Shown: positions 38,005 through 49,579, counted from the first letter of the whole stretch. The stretch is DNA of 61,689 nucleotides, filler included, from Chiloscyllium plagiosum (GCF_004010195.1; 3 parts of one record of this genome joined end to end with filler, not necessarily neighbours in it), one strand, 5' to 3'. Translations and numbers: made by a program. The notes: a model not told the origin generated them from the sequence alone.

Positions 38005-39745
38005 TGCTCATTAGTCCCATAGCAGCAGGGAAGAAGCTGTTCTTGAATCTGCTGGCGTGTGCTTTTAAAGTTTTGCATCTTCTGCTCAATGGAAGAGAGT
38101 GAAAGAGAGTATAACCAGGGTGGGAGGAGTCTATGATTGTGTTGACTGCTTTCCTGAGGCAGGGAAAAGTGTAGACAGAGTCAACGGATGGGAGGCTGGT
38201 TTGTGGGATGGACTGGGCTGTGTTTACAATTCTCTATAAATTTCTTATGGTCTTGGGCAGAGCAATTACCATCCCATGCTGTGATGCATCTGGACAGGAT
38301 GCTTTCTAAGGTACATCTTTCAAAAGAGTCATTATAACATGCTGAATTTCCTTAGTTTTCTGTCAAAGTAGAGCAAGTTGGTCAGTTTTCTTCATTGTAG
38401 CATCAACATGGATATACCAGGTCTGATTGATGCTATTTATTCCAAGGAACCGGAAGCTCTTGACCACCTCCACCTCAGCACTAATGGTAGACAGGGGCAT
38501 GCCCTCCACTCTGCTTCCTGAAGTCAATGAGCAGCTCCTTCATTTCACTGACACTGAGGGAATGATTGTTGTCTTTACACCATATTACTAAGCTATCTCC
38601 TTCCCATCCTCTGTCTCATTGTTGTTTGAGATCATCAAACTTGCAAATAGAGTCAGAGCAGAATTTGACTACACAGTTGAGTGTGTATGAGGAATATAGT
38701 GAGGGGCTGCCTTGCTGGGTACCAGTGTTAAGAATTATCGTGGAGGAGGTGTTGTCACCTGTCCTTATTGATTATGGTTTGAGGGTCAGAACTCGAAGAT
38801 CCAATTTCAGTGGGGGGAAACAGAGTCCTTTGTTTCAGAGTTTGGAAATGAGTTTGATTGGAATTATGGTGTTGAAGGCAGAGCTAAAGTCAGTGAACAG
38901 GGGTCTGATGTGGTGTCCTTGTTATCCAGATGTTCCAGGGATGAGTGTAGGGTCAGGAGTCTGGCGTTTGCTTTGGACCTATTGTGACAGTACGTGAATT
39001 GTAGTGGATCAAGACAATCTCGGAGGCTGGAGCTGATGTGAACCATTACTAACCTCTTGAAACACTTCATAATGATGGATGTCAGAGACACCAGACTGGA
39101 GTCATTAAGGCATGTTGATTGATATTTCTTTGGTACTGAGTCTTCTTCAAGCAGGTGGGAACCTCAAGTATAAATTGATTTGATATGTCTATTGTCACAT
39201 GACCCTAGTTATGGTGAAAAGGTTTGTTTACGAGCAGTACAGGCAGACCATAGGGTAAAAGAAACCTTCAACACATATGGGTTGTATTGCACAGGGCATG
39301 CGCTAGGCAAGATCAACATTATTTGAGGTTAGAGAGTCCATCCATCAGTGTAATAACGGCCAGGAAGAAGCTATTCCTGAACCTGTTGGTGCCTGTTTTC
39401 AAGGTTCTGTATCTCCTGCCTGATGGAAGAGGTTGTAGGAGTTTGTTACCGGGGTGGGAGGGGCCTTTGATGATGTTGGCAGCCTCTCCGTGGCAGTGAG
39501 TTGTGTAAATGGAGTCCATGGATGAGAGGGTGGATTCTGTGATGGTCTGGGCTGTGCACACAATCTTCTGCAGTTTTTTACGGTCCTGGGCAGAGCTGTT
39601 GCCGTACCAGGCCATTATACACCTGGACAGTCTGTTCTCAATGGCGCATCTGTAGAAGTTGGAGTAAGGAGAGGTTAATGATGTTAACAAATACTCTCAC
39701 CAGGTGGTCCTTGCAGGATCTGAGTGCATGGCCAGGGATTTCATT
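38005..39745 (-). mobile_element. Rex1/Babar-like LINE fragments (two copies)
   Basis: [37 protein letters not shown]. Confidence 0.8.
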
Positions 39746-40429
39746 AGTGAGTTTTGAGAAGATTTGTAGCTCAGGCTGAGGTTCTGGTTTGCTCACTGAG
39801 TTGGAAGGTTCATTTTTCGGACATTTCATCACCCTACTAGGTAACATCCTCAATGAGCCTCCAGACGAAGCATTGCTGATGATTCCTGCTTTCTATTGAT
39901 ATGTTTGGGTTTCTTTGGGTTGGTGATGTCATTTCCTGTGGTGATGTCATTTCCTGTTCCTTTATCAGGGGTGGTAAATCAGGTCCAAGTCAATGTGTTT
40001 GTTGATAGAGTTCCAGTTGGAATGTCATGCTTCTAGGAATTCTCGTGCATGTCTCTGTTTGGCTTGTCCTAGGATGGATGTGTTGTCCCAGTCGAAGTGG
40101 TGTCCTTACTCATCTATATGTAAGGATACTGGTGAGAGAGAGTCAAGTCGTTTTGTGGCTATTTGATGTTCATGTATCCTGGTGGCTAGTTTTCTGCCTG
40201 TTTGGACCCGATTTACCACCCCCTGAGAAAAAAGAACAGGAAATGATATCACCATAGTAAATGACATCACCACAGGGAATGACATCACCAACCCAAAAAA
40301 AAACAAACATATAAACAGAAAGCAGGAATAATCAGCAATGCTTCGTCTGGAGGCTCACTGAAGATGTTACCTAGTAGGGTGACAAAATGTCTGAAAATGA
40401 ACCTCCCAGCTCTGCGAGCAATCCTACAT
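39745..40429 (-). mobile_element. 5'-truncated Penelope with inverted pLTR, GIY-YIG C-terminus and 13-bp TSD
   Basis: QTGRKLATRIHEH..HHFDWDNTSILGQ..REFLEAWHS; about 39790-39988 is inverted against 40203-40429; ccagg(g/a)atttcat at 39732-39744 and 40430-40442. Confidence 0.88.
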
Positions 40430-40519
40430 CCAGGAATTTCATCTCGTCAGGTTGCTTTCCATGTGTTCTCTCTCAAGAACGTCAACTTAACATCTCTGGT
40501 AGCGACTGAGGAAATAGGT

Positions 40520-40643
40520 AAAAGCAAGTTACTGCGGATGCTGGAATCTGAAACCAAAAGAGAAAATGCTGGAAAATCTCAGCAGGTCTGGCAGCATCTG
40601 TAAGGGGAGAAAAGAGCTGAAGTTTCGAGTCTAACTGACCCTT
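40520..40643 (-). mobile_element. Short PLE terminal-repeat insertion, 13-bp TSD
   Basis: TGAGGAAATAGGT at 40507-40519 and 40644-40656; same family as 53640-53810. Confidence 0.8.
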
Positions 40644-41338
40644 TGAGGAAATAGGTGCCTCCATGGCTGTTGGGATAGGTCACATGATTTCAATGACCTT
40701 CTGTTCAAATATTTGTGCCATTCTTTGGGATCTGTAATGTTCTTTATATTTTTATAAGCCCTTTCTTTTAATGTTATGCTATTACTTACTTTCTTAGATG
40801 TTCATGGCTGTTTATCTTTGAGGTGGACCTTTCTCTACTCATGAGTACAAACTGCTTCTGACTAGCATTAAGTGCTTCTGTAATGCCTCTCCACTGTTCC
40901 TTGGTTGTTTTACCAAATAGCAGAGCTTCCCATTTTACTGTGGACAGTCTCTGCCTCATCCTGTTACGGTCTGTCTTACTTAAATCCAAACTTCTAGTTG
41001 CCCGATCTTTGCTTACCTTTTACAAACACTACATGAAACCTGATCATGTTATCACTATTACTTCTAGGTCACTAATTAAATCTTCCTCATTCCTCATTAC
41101 CAGATCCAACGTTGCTTGTCTCCTTGCCACATCCAAGACATATTACCAGAGGAAACTATCCCAGGTGCACTCCAGAAATTCACCACTTTTCTGGCAAGTG
41201 CTCGTCTGCCTTTCCCAACCTATGCTAAGATTAAAAACCCCATTAATACTATCTTAATTAATTGCCTAATTAATTGCCTAATTTCAGCATTTATACAATT
41301 GAGCACTTCTGACCTACTACTAAGTGGTTGATATATGT

Positions 41339-41653
41339 GGGCGGCACGCTGGCACAGTGGTTAGCACTGCTGCCTCACAGCGCCAGAGACCCGGGTTCAA
41401 TTCCCGCCTCAGGCGACTGTCTGTGTGGAGTTTGCACGTTCTCCCCGTGTCTGCGTGGGTTTCCTCCGGGTGCTCCGGGATCCTCCTACAGTCCAAAGAT
41501 GTGCAAGTCAGGTAAATTGGCCATGCTAAATTGCCCGTAGTGTTAGGTAAGGGGTAAATGTAGGGGTATGGGTGGGTTGCACTTCGGCGGGGCGGTGTGG
41601 ACTTGTTGGGCTGAAGGGCCTGTTTCTACACTGTAAGTAATCTAAAATCTAAT
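41339..41653 (+). mobile_element. HE1-type V-SINE, full length, inside a decayed minus-strand CR1 (about 40700-41950)
   Basis: gggcggcacgctggcacagtggttagc head, B-box ggttcaattcc, V-domain, tail. Confidence 0.93.
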
Positions 41654-42087
41654 CATATGACACCTATTGTGGTTTTAGTTCCTCAGTTGCACCCATAAGG
41701 TCTCCACTGGGTGCTTTCCCCTTATTACATCCTCCCTCACTATGGAAGTGATTCTGTTTCTAATCAGTGATGTTACTCTAGCCCCTCTGCCCTTTTCTCT
41801 ATCCCTCCTGTAAACCTTATATCTTGGTATGTTTAATTCCCAGTCCTGACTGTCCTGCCATCATGCCTCTGTTATGGTTACTGTATCATCGTTTCCAATT
41901 TGACATCTGTGGCTGCAGCTCATTCCTTTTGTTCCTTGACACTCTGTGCATTTGTATAAGAATGTCTAACTTTGGCTGTACTCTCCATCCTCTCCCTCAA
42001 TATCTTTTTATTATTTTTCCTGGTGTCTGGTAATGCAGTGCTACACCTGACTTACAAGCATCAGACAATGACAGTATGGAGGCTGAG

Positions 42088-42234
42088 AGACAGAACTGCA
42101 GATGCTGGAGATCAGAGTTGAGAGTGTGTTGCTGGAAAAGCACAGCAGGCCAGGTAGCATCCGAGGAGCAGGAAAATCGATGTTTTGGGCTGGAAGGGCT
42201 TTGGCCCGAAACGTTGATTTTCCTGCTCCAGTCA
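42088..42234. mobile_element. Fold-back PLE mini-insertion
   Basis: ggaggctgag at 42078-42087 and 42235-42244; inverted arms around a partial hammerhead (gggc tttg gccc GAAA cg TT). Confidence 0.75.
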
Positions 42235-42449
42235 GGAGGCTGAGCCTAAGATGAAGGTCTAACCTCTGATTTTGGGAGTACCGTGCACCAACTGTCCATC
42301 AGACTCTGTCACAAAGTCAGAAGCAAGAATTTAGTAAATAGTGCTTGAAGGCTGAGACATCCATCCAACAGATCATACACTTGACAAAGCTTATCACAGC
42401 AGGCATTTGTGCTGTAACAGTGTGGAATATTCTGGTGCTGTGTACTCAC

Positions 42450-42645
42450 CGGGACCCCAGATCTCCTGACACTGTTTATCTGCAGACTGGCAGATACCAT
42501 CGCTGCAGTATAAAATCCCATTGCTGCACGTGTGCCCATTTTTCAGAAACACATTTTCGGGGCAATCAGAGAAATTTCCTGAACAGAACTCCGGCAGGTC
42601 ACATTCTCCCATCAGCCCTCGGCACATTGTCCCTGCTGGAAGGAA
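42450..42645 (-). CDS. ADAM15: ADAM15-like disintegrin-loop / Cys-rich start exon: FLPAGTMCRGLMGECDLPEFCSGNFSDCPENVFLKNGHTCSNGILYCSDGICQSADKQCQEIWGP(G) (196 nt, phase 0-1)
   Basis: tctttgttctgcAG acceptor, G|GTGAGT donor; canonical CR..ECDLPEFC disintegrin motif and QC..WG. Confidence 0.95.
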
Positions 42646-43264
42646 CTGCAGAACAAAGACTGCAATTATTTGAATATGTATATTGGAGAATGTTCCTGAA
42701 AGGATGCAGTGCAATTCCTTGATATCCAGGTTTGTGCAATGTGAAGTGGCTGTGCGTTGAATATTTGCAATCAGATTGGGAATCTGTCCTTTAATCTTAA
42801 ATGGACGAGGACCAGAAACTGAGGAGCTCCACTTAAAAAAGAAACAAGCCATTAATGCTCCAATCCAAAGATATGCAGAGTAGTTGGGTTAGCCATGGTA
42901 AATGCAAGGTTACAGTGTTAGGATAGGGAAGAACTGGATCTGGATGGGATGCTCTTTGGAGGGTTGCACAGACTCATGAGCCAAATGGTCGGTTTCCACA
43001 TGAAAAGGATTCTATGAAGACTTGCTCATCGATTGGGAATGTGTGGGGGTCTACACAGACTTAACACTTCAGGATTACGAATTAAACAATTCCCAAATGA
43101 TATGGCTCATATTCGAAGACCAATTCAGAGTCAGATTGAATTTCCATATTAACATCCTAGAATTTATGCCATTTACATATAGAATTGTCATCAGAGAGAA
43201 GATCTCTCTGGCTTTTCAGAGAGGAGCAGTCAAATAGAATTGAATTGGGGACTGCTTCAACCTT

Positions 43265-43445
43265 GGAAGGTTTCCAGAAAACCCTGGAATTCCTTCCCTA
43301 AGGACATTGAGGGTCTACCTACAGCACATGGACTGTTGCAGTTCAAGAAGGCAGCTCACCACCACCTTGTCAAGGGTAACTAGGGACAGGCAATAAATGC
43401 TGCACCCTTCTAATGATGCCCAATTCCCACAGGTGAATAAAATCC
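43265..43445 (+). mobile_element. LINE 3' tail shared with the SINE family at 45010-45420
   Basis: gttcaagaaggcagctcaccaccacctt...aggcaataaatgctg...gaataaaa; related pieces at about 26525-26585 and 27085-27185. Confidence 0.65.
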
Positions 43446-43779
43446 AAGGTGCACAGGGTGACATTTAGTCCCATTATCCTCTCGTGTCTCTTCTGACAGA
43501 GAAACGTGGAATGATTCAGAAAGGAAAGGGTCTTCAGTTCAGCAGTTTGATTGGAATGACTAGTGATGTACGCCTTGCAGATGATAAGTTGAGAGGGGAA
43601 TTGATGGAGTTTTTGTAAATCATGAGGGATCTGGGCAGAGTTGATGAAGAAACTGAATCGATGAAACAGAGTTGAGCAGAAGGGACAGAGAGTTAGTTTG
43701 GTTAGCAAGGAAACAGAATACATGACAACTAAGGAAGGGAGTTTGAGGATTCAGGTGTGCAACACATTATCAGAACATG

Positions 43780-43914
43780 GATTAGTGGTGCTGGAAGAGC
43801 ACAGCAGTTCAGGCAGCATCCAAGGAGCTCCTCGGATGCAGCCTGAATTGCTGTGCTCTTCCAGCACCACTAATCCAAAATCTGGTTTTCAGCATCTGCA
43901 GTCATTGTTTTTAC
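43780..43914. mobile_element. Fold-back PLE mini-insertion, 17-bp perfect TSD
   Basis: CACATTATCAGAACATG at 43763-43779 and 43915-43931; about 48-bp near-perfect inverted arms with no loop. Confidence 0.88.
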
Positions 43915-44172
43915 CACATTATCAGAACATGCCTAATCCACAAAATGCAACAGAAGCCTTCAAAATGGATTTGTACGACAGTCAGGAGAGAAAAGGGAAA
44001 TGCAGGGCCATGGACAGTTCATGGAAGATTTGACCTTAGCTAAACTGGTCTGAGACAAGAGGTTCCCAACAAGTATTCTGAATTTTTCAATTCAGTATTT
44101 GACATCAGTCTCACAACACACAGATTATAATCAGAGGTGTGGCATTTGATACAGGATCCAGTGCAATCTTAC

Positions 44173-44265
44173 TTCACAGTCTTTACAGCATGTCCCAGAG
44201 GATGAACACTTTGCCCCAGGTTTGAGTTTACACGTTGAGGGCTCACAACAGGGATCGGTACAGTC
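44173..44265 (-). CDS. ADAM15: ADAM15-like disintegrin exon: DCTDPCCEPSTCKLKPGAKCSSSGTCCKDCE (93 nt, phase 0-0)
   Basis: Polypyrimidine tract plus ctcAG acceptor, GAA|GTAAG donor. The C-x5-CC spacing (CSSSGTCC) matches ADAM15 (CASDGPCC, as recalled) rather than the C-x4-CC of ADAM9/12. Orthology is likely, not proven. Confidence 0.93.
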
Positions 44266-44361
44266 CTGAGGGTAAAACAGAAAAAGAGAAGGAGAGAGAG
44301 AATACCAGTCATGAAGACCTCCACAACGTGACAGCACTTTCACTGATTCAACATTGACAAA

Positions 44362-44853
44362 AAAGTCCTGTCCAGATAGTATTTAATAGGCCAGGGTAGA
44401 GTGAGTTTTACTCTAGGAGAAAGTGAGGTCTGCAGATGCTGGAGATCAAAGTTGAAACTTTATTGCTGGAACAGCACAGCAGGCCAGGCAGCACCCAGGG
44501 AATGCGGCGGAGACGAAGGAATTGGGAGAATGGGAGAATGAGTTTTACTCTATCTAACCCATTCCAGTCCTGTCCAGATAGTGTTTATGGGCAAGTGTAG
44601 AGTCAGCTTTATTCTGTATCTAACACATTCCAGACCAGTTCAGTGTTTAATGGGACAGTGTAGAGGAGCTTTACTCTGTATGCAGCCTATTCTAGTCCTG
44701 CCCAGACAGTCTGTATGTGTAGATCGAGCTTTACTCTGTTTCTAAGCCATTCTAGACCTGTCCAGACTGTGTTTAATGGGACAGTGTAGAGAGAGTTTTA
44801 TTCTGTATCTCACCCATCTTCCAACCTGCCCAAGCAGGGTTTAAAAGGACAGT
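44362..44853. repeat. About 60-67-bp degenerate minisatellite (gggacagtgtagag..gctttactctgtatctaaccc)
   Basis: About 6 diverged tandem units just upstream of the disintegrin exon acceptor. Confidence 0.8.
44416..44538 (-). mobile_element. Chimeric PLE mini-insertion (pLTR end plus internal ORF piece), 14-bp TSD
   Basis: TGAGTTTTACTCTA at 44402-44415 and 44539-44552; 44502-44534 is the reverse complement of 863-895. Confidence 0.8.
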
Positions 44854-45009
44854 GTGTTACGGTTGCAGCTGAGGTTAGAAACTGAATAAATCAAATCCCA
44901 GACTGAAAGCTGCCTTCACAACTCATATTTGGATTTGGGTGATTTTAACAAAGTGGTCTCTTACTAGAGTATTCCCACACAATGCTGCAGATTTCACTTC
45001 AACAATAAA

Positions 45010-45420
45010 ATGGCCTGATGGTATTATCACTGGATCGTTAATCCAGCGATTTAGTAATGTTCTGGTTATCTTGCATTAACAGCCAGTTTGACTCCCTTTG
45101 CATAACTCAGCCTGGCTGAAACTGGAGTCATTGCAGCAAGGTCTTTCAAATTTGAATCCCACTAGAATCTGAATTCAATAAAAAAATCTGGAATTAAGAG
45201 TTTAATGATGACCATGAATCTGTTGATTGTTGGAAAAACCCATCTGATTCACTAATGTCCTTCAGGGAAGGAAATCTGACATCCTTACCTGGTCTAGCCT
45301 ACATATGATTCCAGACCCACAGCAATGTGGTTGACTCGTAACTGCCCTCTGGGTAATTAGGGATGGGCAATAAATGCTGGCATACCCAGTGATGCCCTCA
45401 TCCCACGAATGAATAAAACC
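45010..45420 (+). mobile_element. tRNA-like SINE with LINE-derived tail (family not named)
   Basis: Head tggcctgatggtattatcactgga; tail gggtaattagggatgggcaataaatgctgg...gaatgaataaaa; second copy at 22320-22472. Confidence 0.7.
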
Positions 45421-46899
45421 ATCAGAAGTTTATTACAAGAGAAATGAAATAAAGTAGAACTAACTAAACCAATGACTTATAAAATAATACCAAAAAATTT
45501 TAAACATCCCAAAATACTCCTTTATAAACTTAAAATAAAAATAATCAGTTCCTGTACCCAAAACACAGCCCTTGCAAAGTATCCAATAGAACACTTTTGC
45601 AATTCTCAAATATAAGAACCCTTGTGGGAGAAATTTGCCCAGTAAGTTAGAGATCACGAAGCACAGTTCAAAGTGAAATTGAAAACCAGTTTATTACAAG
45701 CGATATCACTGGAAGAGAAACAGACTAGGCTGACACAGACTGACTGTCTGTACAGGTAGATCAGAATTTCTCTTCCCAGAGCTGAGGATGAGACCAGTTT
45801 TTATAATAATGCTGCACAATAAGGCTGATTAGAAATGGGGAAAATACAATATATCTGGAAATGGAGTAATCTAGTTACAATGATGCTAATTGGAAAACAA
45901 TTATTGGATAAATGTCCTGTTCCTTCACACAATGCATCATCCTGACAGTATCGGTGGTTCCATTCCTCTTCACAGGTAGGTGTTAATGCCTCCTCTGAAG
46001 TGGTGTGGTGCTTCCATTGTCCTGTCCTTGGAGCAATGTTCTTGCTGTTGCCTCTCTGTCTGACCTGCTCTTTGTGTGGCTTTGGTATTGCTGGGTTGTG
46101 AAAGTGCCCTCGGGGTTTTGGGATAATTGTGTCGTTCTGACATTGTTAGTGGGAGTTTGAAGTGTATTCCCTTGTTTGCGAGTACAGCCTGGTTTGGCCT
46201 GTCAGCCTGCATGGTCCTTGCTGAGGCATTCTGGGTATTTTTGGTACAGTTCAGCCAATTTTGCTTTTGTGGACCTATCGTGGATTGGCAGGGTGGCAGA
46301 TCTTTTCCCACAGCCCTTATATCTAACATCTCATTATGTTGAATGAACTTGTGTTTCCTTTTTGAAACTGAGTTGGCAGATTTGTGGATGATATTTGCAG
46401 CAAGAAGCTGAGTTTTAATGTCCTCAGCTTTAAGCAATCTTTTCAGGGTTTTATCCCAACAGCTAGTCTGACAGTAACATTAGCTTTTCACCCCAAGGTA
46501 ATTTCATTCACGATATATTATTTCTTTCTCAGGACCACTGTGCTATGCTGCCATCCTTTTTCAATGACTTCACAGAACGGCTTGAAACTCAAATTGAAGC
46601 TCAGAAAGTCTCCTTCTGTAAGCTATCAGTGTTTACCTGAGGCTTAAAATTAAGTTCAGCGACTATTTTGTCCAGACCTATTGGTGATCTCATAGTATAT
46701 TAAAAATGATACTGAGTCAGCACAAGACTCAAAAACCGTTTTTCAACATGTTGTGGATTAGGAGGAAGGGCATTAGTTTGGTGTTCATAAAATATTGGTG
46801 TTTGTAAAATTCTGTTGGGGGGGGAGCACTGCATGGTCCCTTTAAACTGCAAACTTACTAATCATGCATTATAGATTCTCATCCAAATCATTTAGCTGT

Positions 46900-47401
46900 A
46901 AGGTTGAGTGAAATAGGGGTTGATGGGAAGGGTGAGGGCAGTAACAAATTAAAAATACTGTACATGAATGCACGAAGCATTAGAAATAAGATGGATCAGC
47001 TTGAGGCTCTTTTGGAAATTGGCAGATACAATATTGTGGGGAGAACTGAGACGTGGCTTCCAGTGGACAGGGTCTGGGAAATGAATATTCAAGGCTACAC
47101 GTGCTGTCGCAAGGACAGACTGACGGGCAGAGGGGGTGGGGTGGCCATGTTAGTAAGGGATGATATTCAGTCCCTTGCACAGGGGGACCTAGAATCTGGG
47201 TCAGTATGGATAGAGCTGAGAAATTCTAAGGGTAAAAAGACCCTCTTGGGAGTTATCTACAGGCCCCCAAACAGTAGTCTGGATGTTGGATGTAAGTTGA
47301 ATCAGGAGCTGAAATTGGCCTGTCGCAAAGATGTTACTACAGTTGTTATGGGGGATTTCAACATGCAGGTAGACTGGGAGAATCAGGATGGTATTGGACC
47401 T
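46900..47401 (+). mobile_element. CR1 ORF2 APE endonuclease domain (open frame up to the gap)
   Basis: LKILYMNARSIRNK..TETWL..RGGGVA..VIYRPP..VMGDFN. Confidence 0.92.
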
Positions 47402-47501
47402 NNNNNNNNNNNNNNNNNNNNNNNNNNNNNNNNNNNNNNNNNNNNTTAATTAATTAANNNNNNNNNNNNNNNNNNNNNNNNNNNNNNNNNNNNNNNNNNN
47501 N
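47402..47501. other. Scaffolding gap, 44N-TTAATTAATTAA-44N
   Basis: Same as 19766-19865. Confidence 0.98.
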
Positions 47502-47765
47502 GACCTCTCCGCCCCCACCCCCACCCCCGCCTATCACTCTCACCTTAACCTCCTTCCACCTATCCCATTTCCAACGCCCCTCCCCCAAGTCCCTCCTCCC
47601 TACCTTTTATCTTAGCCTGCCTGGCACACTTTCCTCATTCCTGAAGAAGGGCTCATGCTCGAAACGTCGGTTCTCCTGCTCCTTGGATGCTGCTTGACCT
47701 GCTGCGCTTTTCCAGCAACACATTTTCAGCTCTGATCTCCAGCATCTGCAGTCCTCACTTCCTCA
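47502..47765 (+). mobile_element. PLE pLTR with hammerhead core
   Basis: CTGAAGA a gggc tcat gctc GAAA cg TC at 47641-47668; same family as 37401-37600. Confidence 0.85.
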
Positions 47766-47869
47766 TCTTATCCACAGCCCTTTTCCTCATCCATACAGGA
47801 GCAAAAAATTTATATCTGTTGGACAAGGTCAAGGGCTGAGGCTCATGCACTCCTGAACTCCGAATCCCC

Positions 47870-48038
47870 CCACCTGCCTAATTTTGGATGGTGGGAGGAA
47901 ACCGGAGCACCCGGAGGAAACCCACGCAGACACGGGGAGAACGTGCAAACTCAACACAGTCAGTTGCCTGAGGCGGGAATTGAACCCGGGTCTTTGGCGC
48001 TGTGAGGCAGCAGTGCTAAACACTGTGCCACCGTGCCG
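47870..48038 (-). mobile_element. HE1-type V-SINE 5' half
   Basis: Reverse complement of head plus V-domain. Confidence 0.88.
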
Positions 48039-48039
48039 T

Positions 48040-48800
48040 AAAACATAGAACAATACAGCACAGATCAGGCCCTTCGGCCCTCAATGTTGCGCTGACCTGT
48101 GAACTATTCTCAGCTCGTCCCCCTACACTATCCCATCATCATCCATGTGCTTATCCAAGGATTGTTTAAATCTCCCTAATGTGGCTGAGTTAACTACATT
48201 GGCAGGTCAGACATTCCACACCCTTACCACCCTCTGAGTAAAGAACCGACCTCTGACATCTGTCTTAAAACTATCGCCCCTCAATTTGTAGTTATGCCCC
48301 CTTGTACAAGCTGACGTCATCATCCTAGGAAAAAGACTTTCACTGTCTACCCTATATAATCCTCTGACCATCTTGTATGTCTCTATTAAATCCCCTCTCA
48401 GCCTTCTACTTTTCCATGAGAACAGACCCAAGTCTCTCAGCGTTTCCTCATACAACCTTCCCTCCAGACCAGGCAATATCCTGATAAGTCTCCTCTGCAA
48501 CTTTTCTACATCCGCTGTCATCTTCGGTATCTGCCTTCTTCTGGCTTAATAACATCCTTCCTATAGCAAGGTGACCAATGTTCGTATTGACTGCAAACTT
48601 TACTAATTCGACCGGCTATGTTTTTTTCCTAATCATTTATGTGGACCCACAAACAGCAGAGGTCCCAGCACTGATCCCTGTAGAACACCACTAGTTACAG
48701 CCCTCCATTCCAAAAAGCATCCTTCCACCGCTACCCTCTGTCTCCTATCACTCAGCTGGTTCTGTATCCACTTTGCCAGTTCACCCCTAACTGCTCAAGG
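48040..48800 (-). mobile_element. CR1/HER1 3' end, very similar to 32383-32850, plus an adjoining CR1 fragment
   Basis: LEGRLYEETLRDLGLFS, GDLIETYK, GRFFTQRVV. Confidence 0.88.
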
Positions 48801-49267
48801 TCAAATCTAGCACTGCACTATCCACGACCTGTCATTTACCACAAGTACCGAAATGGAGCTGAGGACTGTACAGTGTTAACTTGGCTTTCTCCTCCAGTGG
48901 ACACCCCGCTAATCATTCAGGTTCAGCTGTGGTTAAAGGCAAGAATCAGGACATCGTCATCTCCAACAGCAGAGAATTTAACCATCACCCCTTACTTAAC
49001 GGAACATAGCATAAACTGTGCTAGGGATGAAGAGAGGTTAGTGAGAGTCAGAGAGCACATCCAAGGGACACAGTGAGAAACAAGGGGGAATTGATGGCCA
49101 TCCTGCTGTGCTGAGGATGAAACTCTTTGAGGCTGATCACAGAGGGACAAGGTAAAGTACTATGTCACTAAAGAGGGTGTTCGGGTCCTGGGGCTTGGGA
49201 TCCTATTTGCCTCCTTGCAGGCTCAGTGAGATCACCTCAAACTGACTGGGATTTTGTCTTTCTGCAG

Positions 49268-49333
49268 GTGAAAAGGCAAATACTGTCAGAGACAAGATAC
49301 ATCGAGCTGGTGCTGGTGGCAGACAGAGAAGAG
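49268..49333 (+). CDS. ADAM exon: furin site / start of reprolysin (M12B) domain VKRQILSETRYIELVLVADREE (66 nt, phase 0-0), opposite strand to the other exons
   Basis: ttttgtctttctgcAG acceptor, GAG|GTCAGT donor; KR followed by TxYxELVxVAD, as in ADAM12/15/19. Confidence 0.88.
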
Positions 49334-49579
49334 GTCAGTGTGTTCTCTGAACCTGTCAAGTGTGAGGGATGGGCACAGACTGTGCAAGGATTCACATAAC
49401 AAGAAGCTGCAGCCCAAGAGGCTGAGGGCTTTGACATTTCAAACTCTGAAGAGTATTGGAGGGAGGGCAGAGAGTTGAGAAATTCCACCATTTCTGTTAA
49501 TTGGCTAACTCTCAAAAGTTCAATCGAGTAATTATACTCGGGATTTCAACTTTTCAACATAAATTGGGGATAAACTGGG

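Noticed and set aside
48880..49080. Plus-strand acceptor (ctttctcctccAG) as an ADAM prodomain exon
   Set aside because: The frames I read hit stops or lack prodomain and cysteine-switch motifs.
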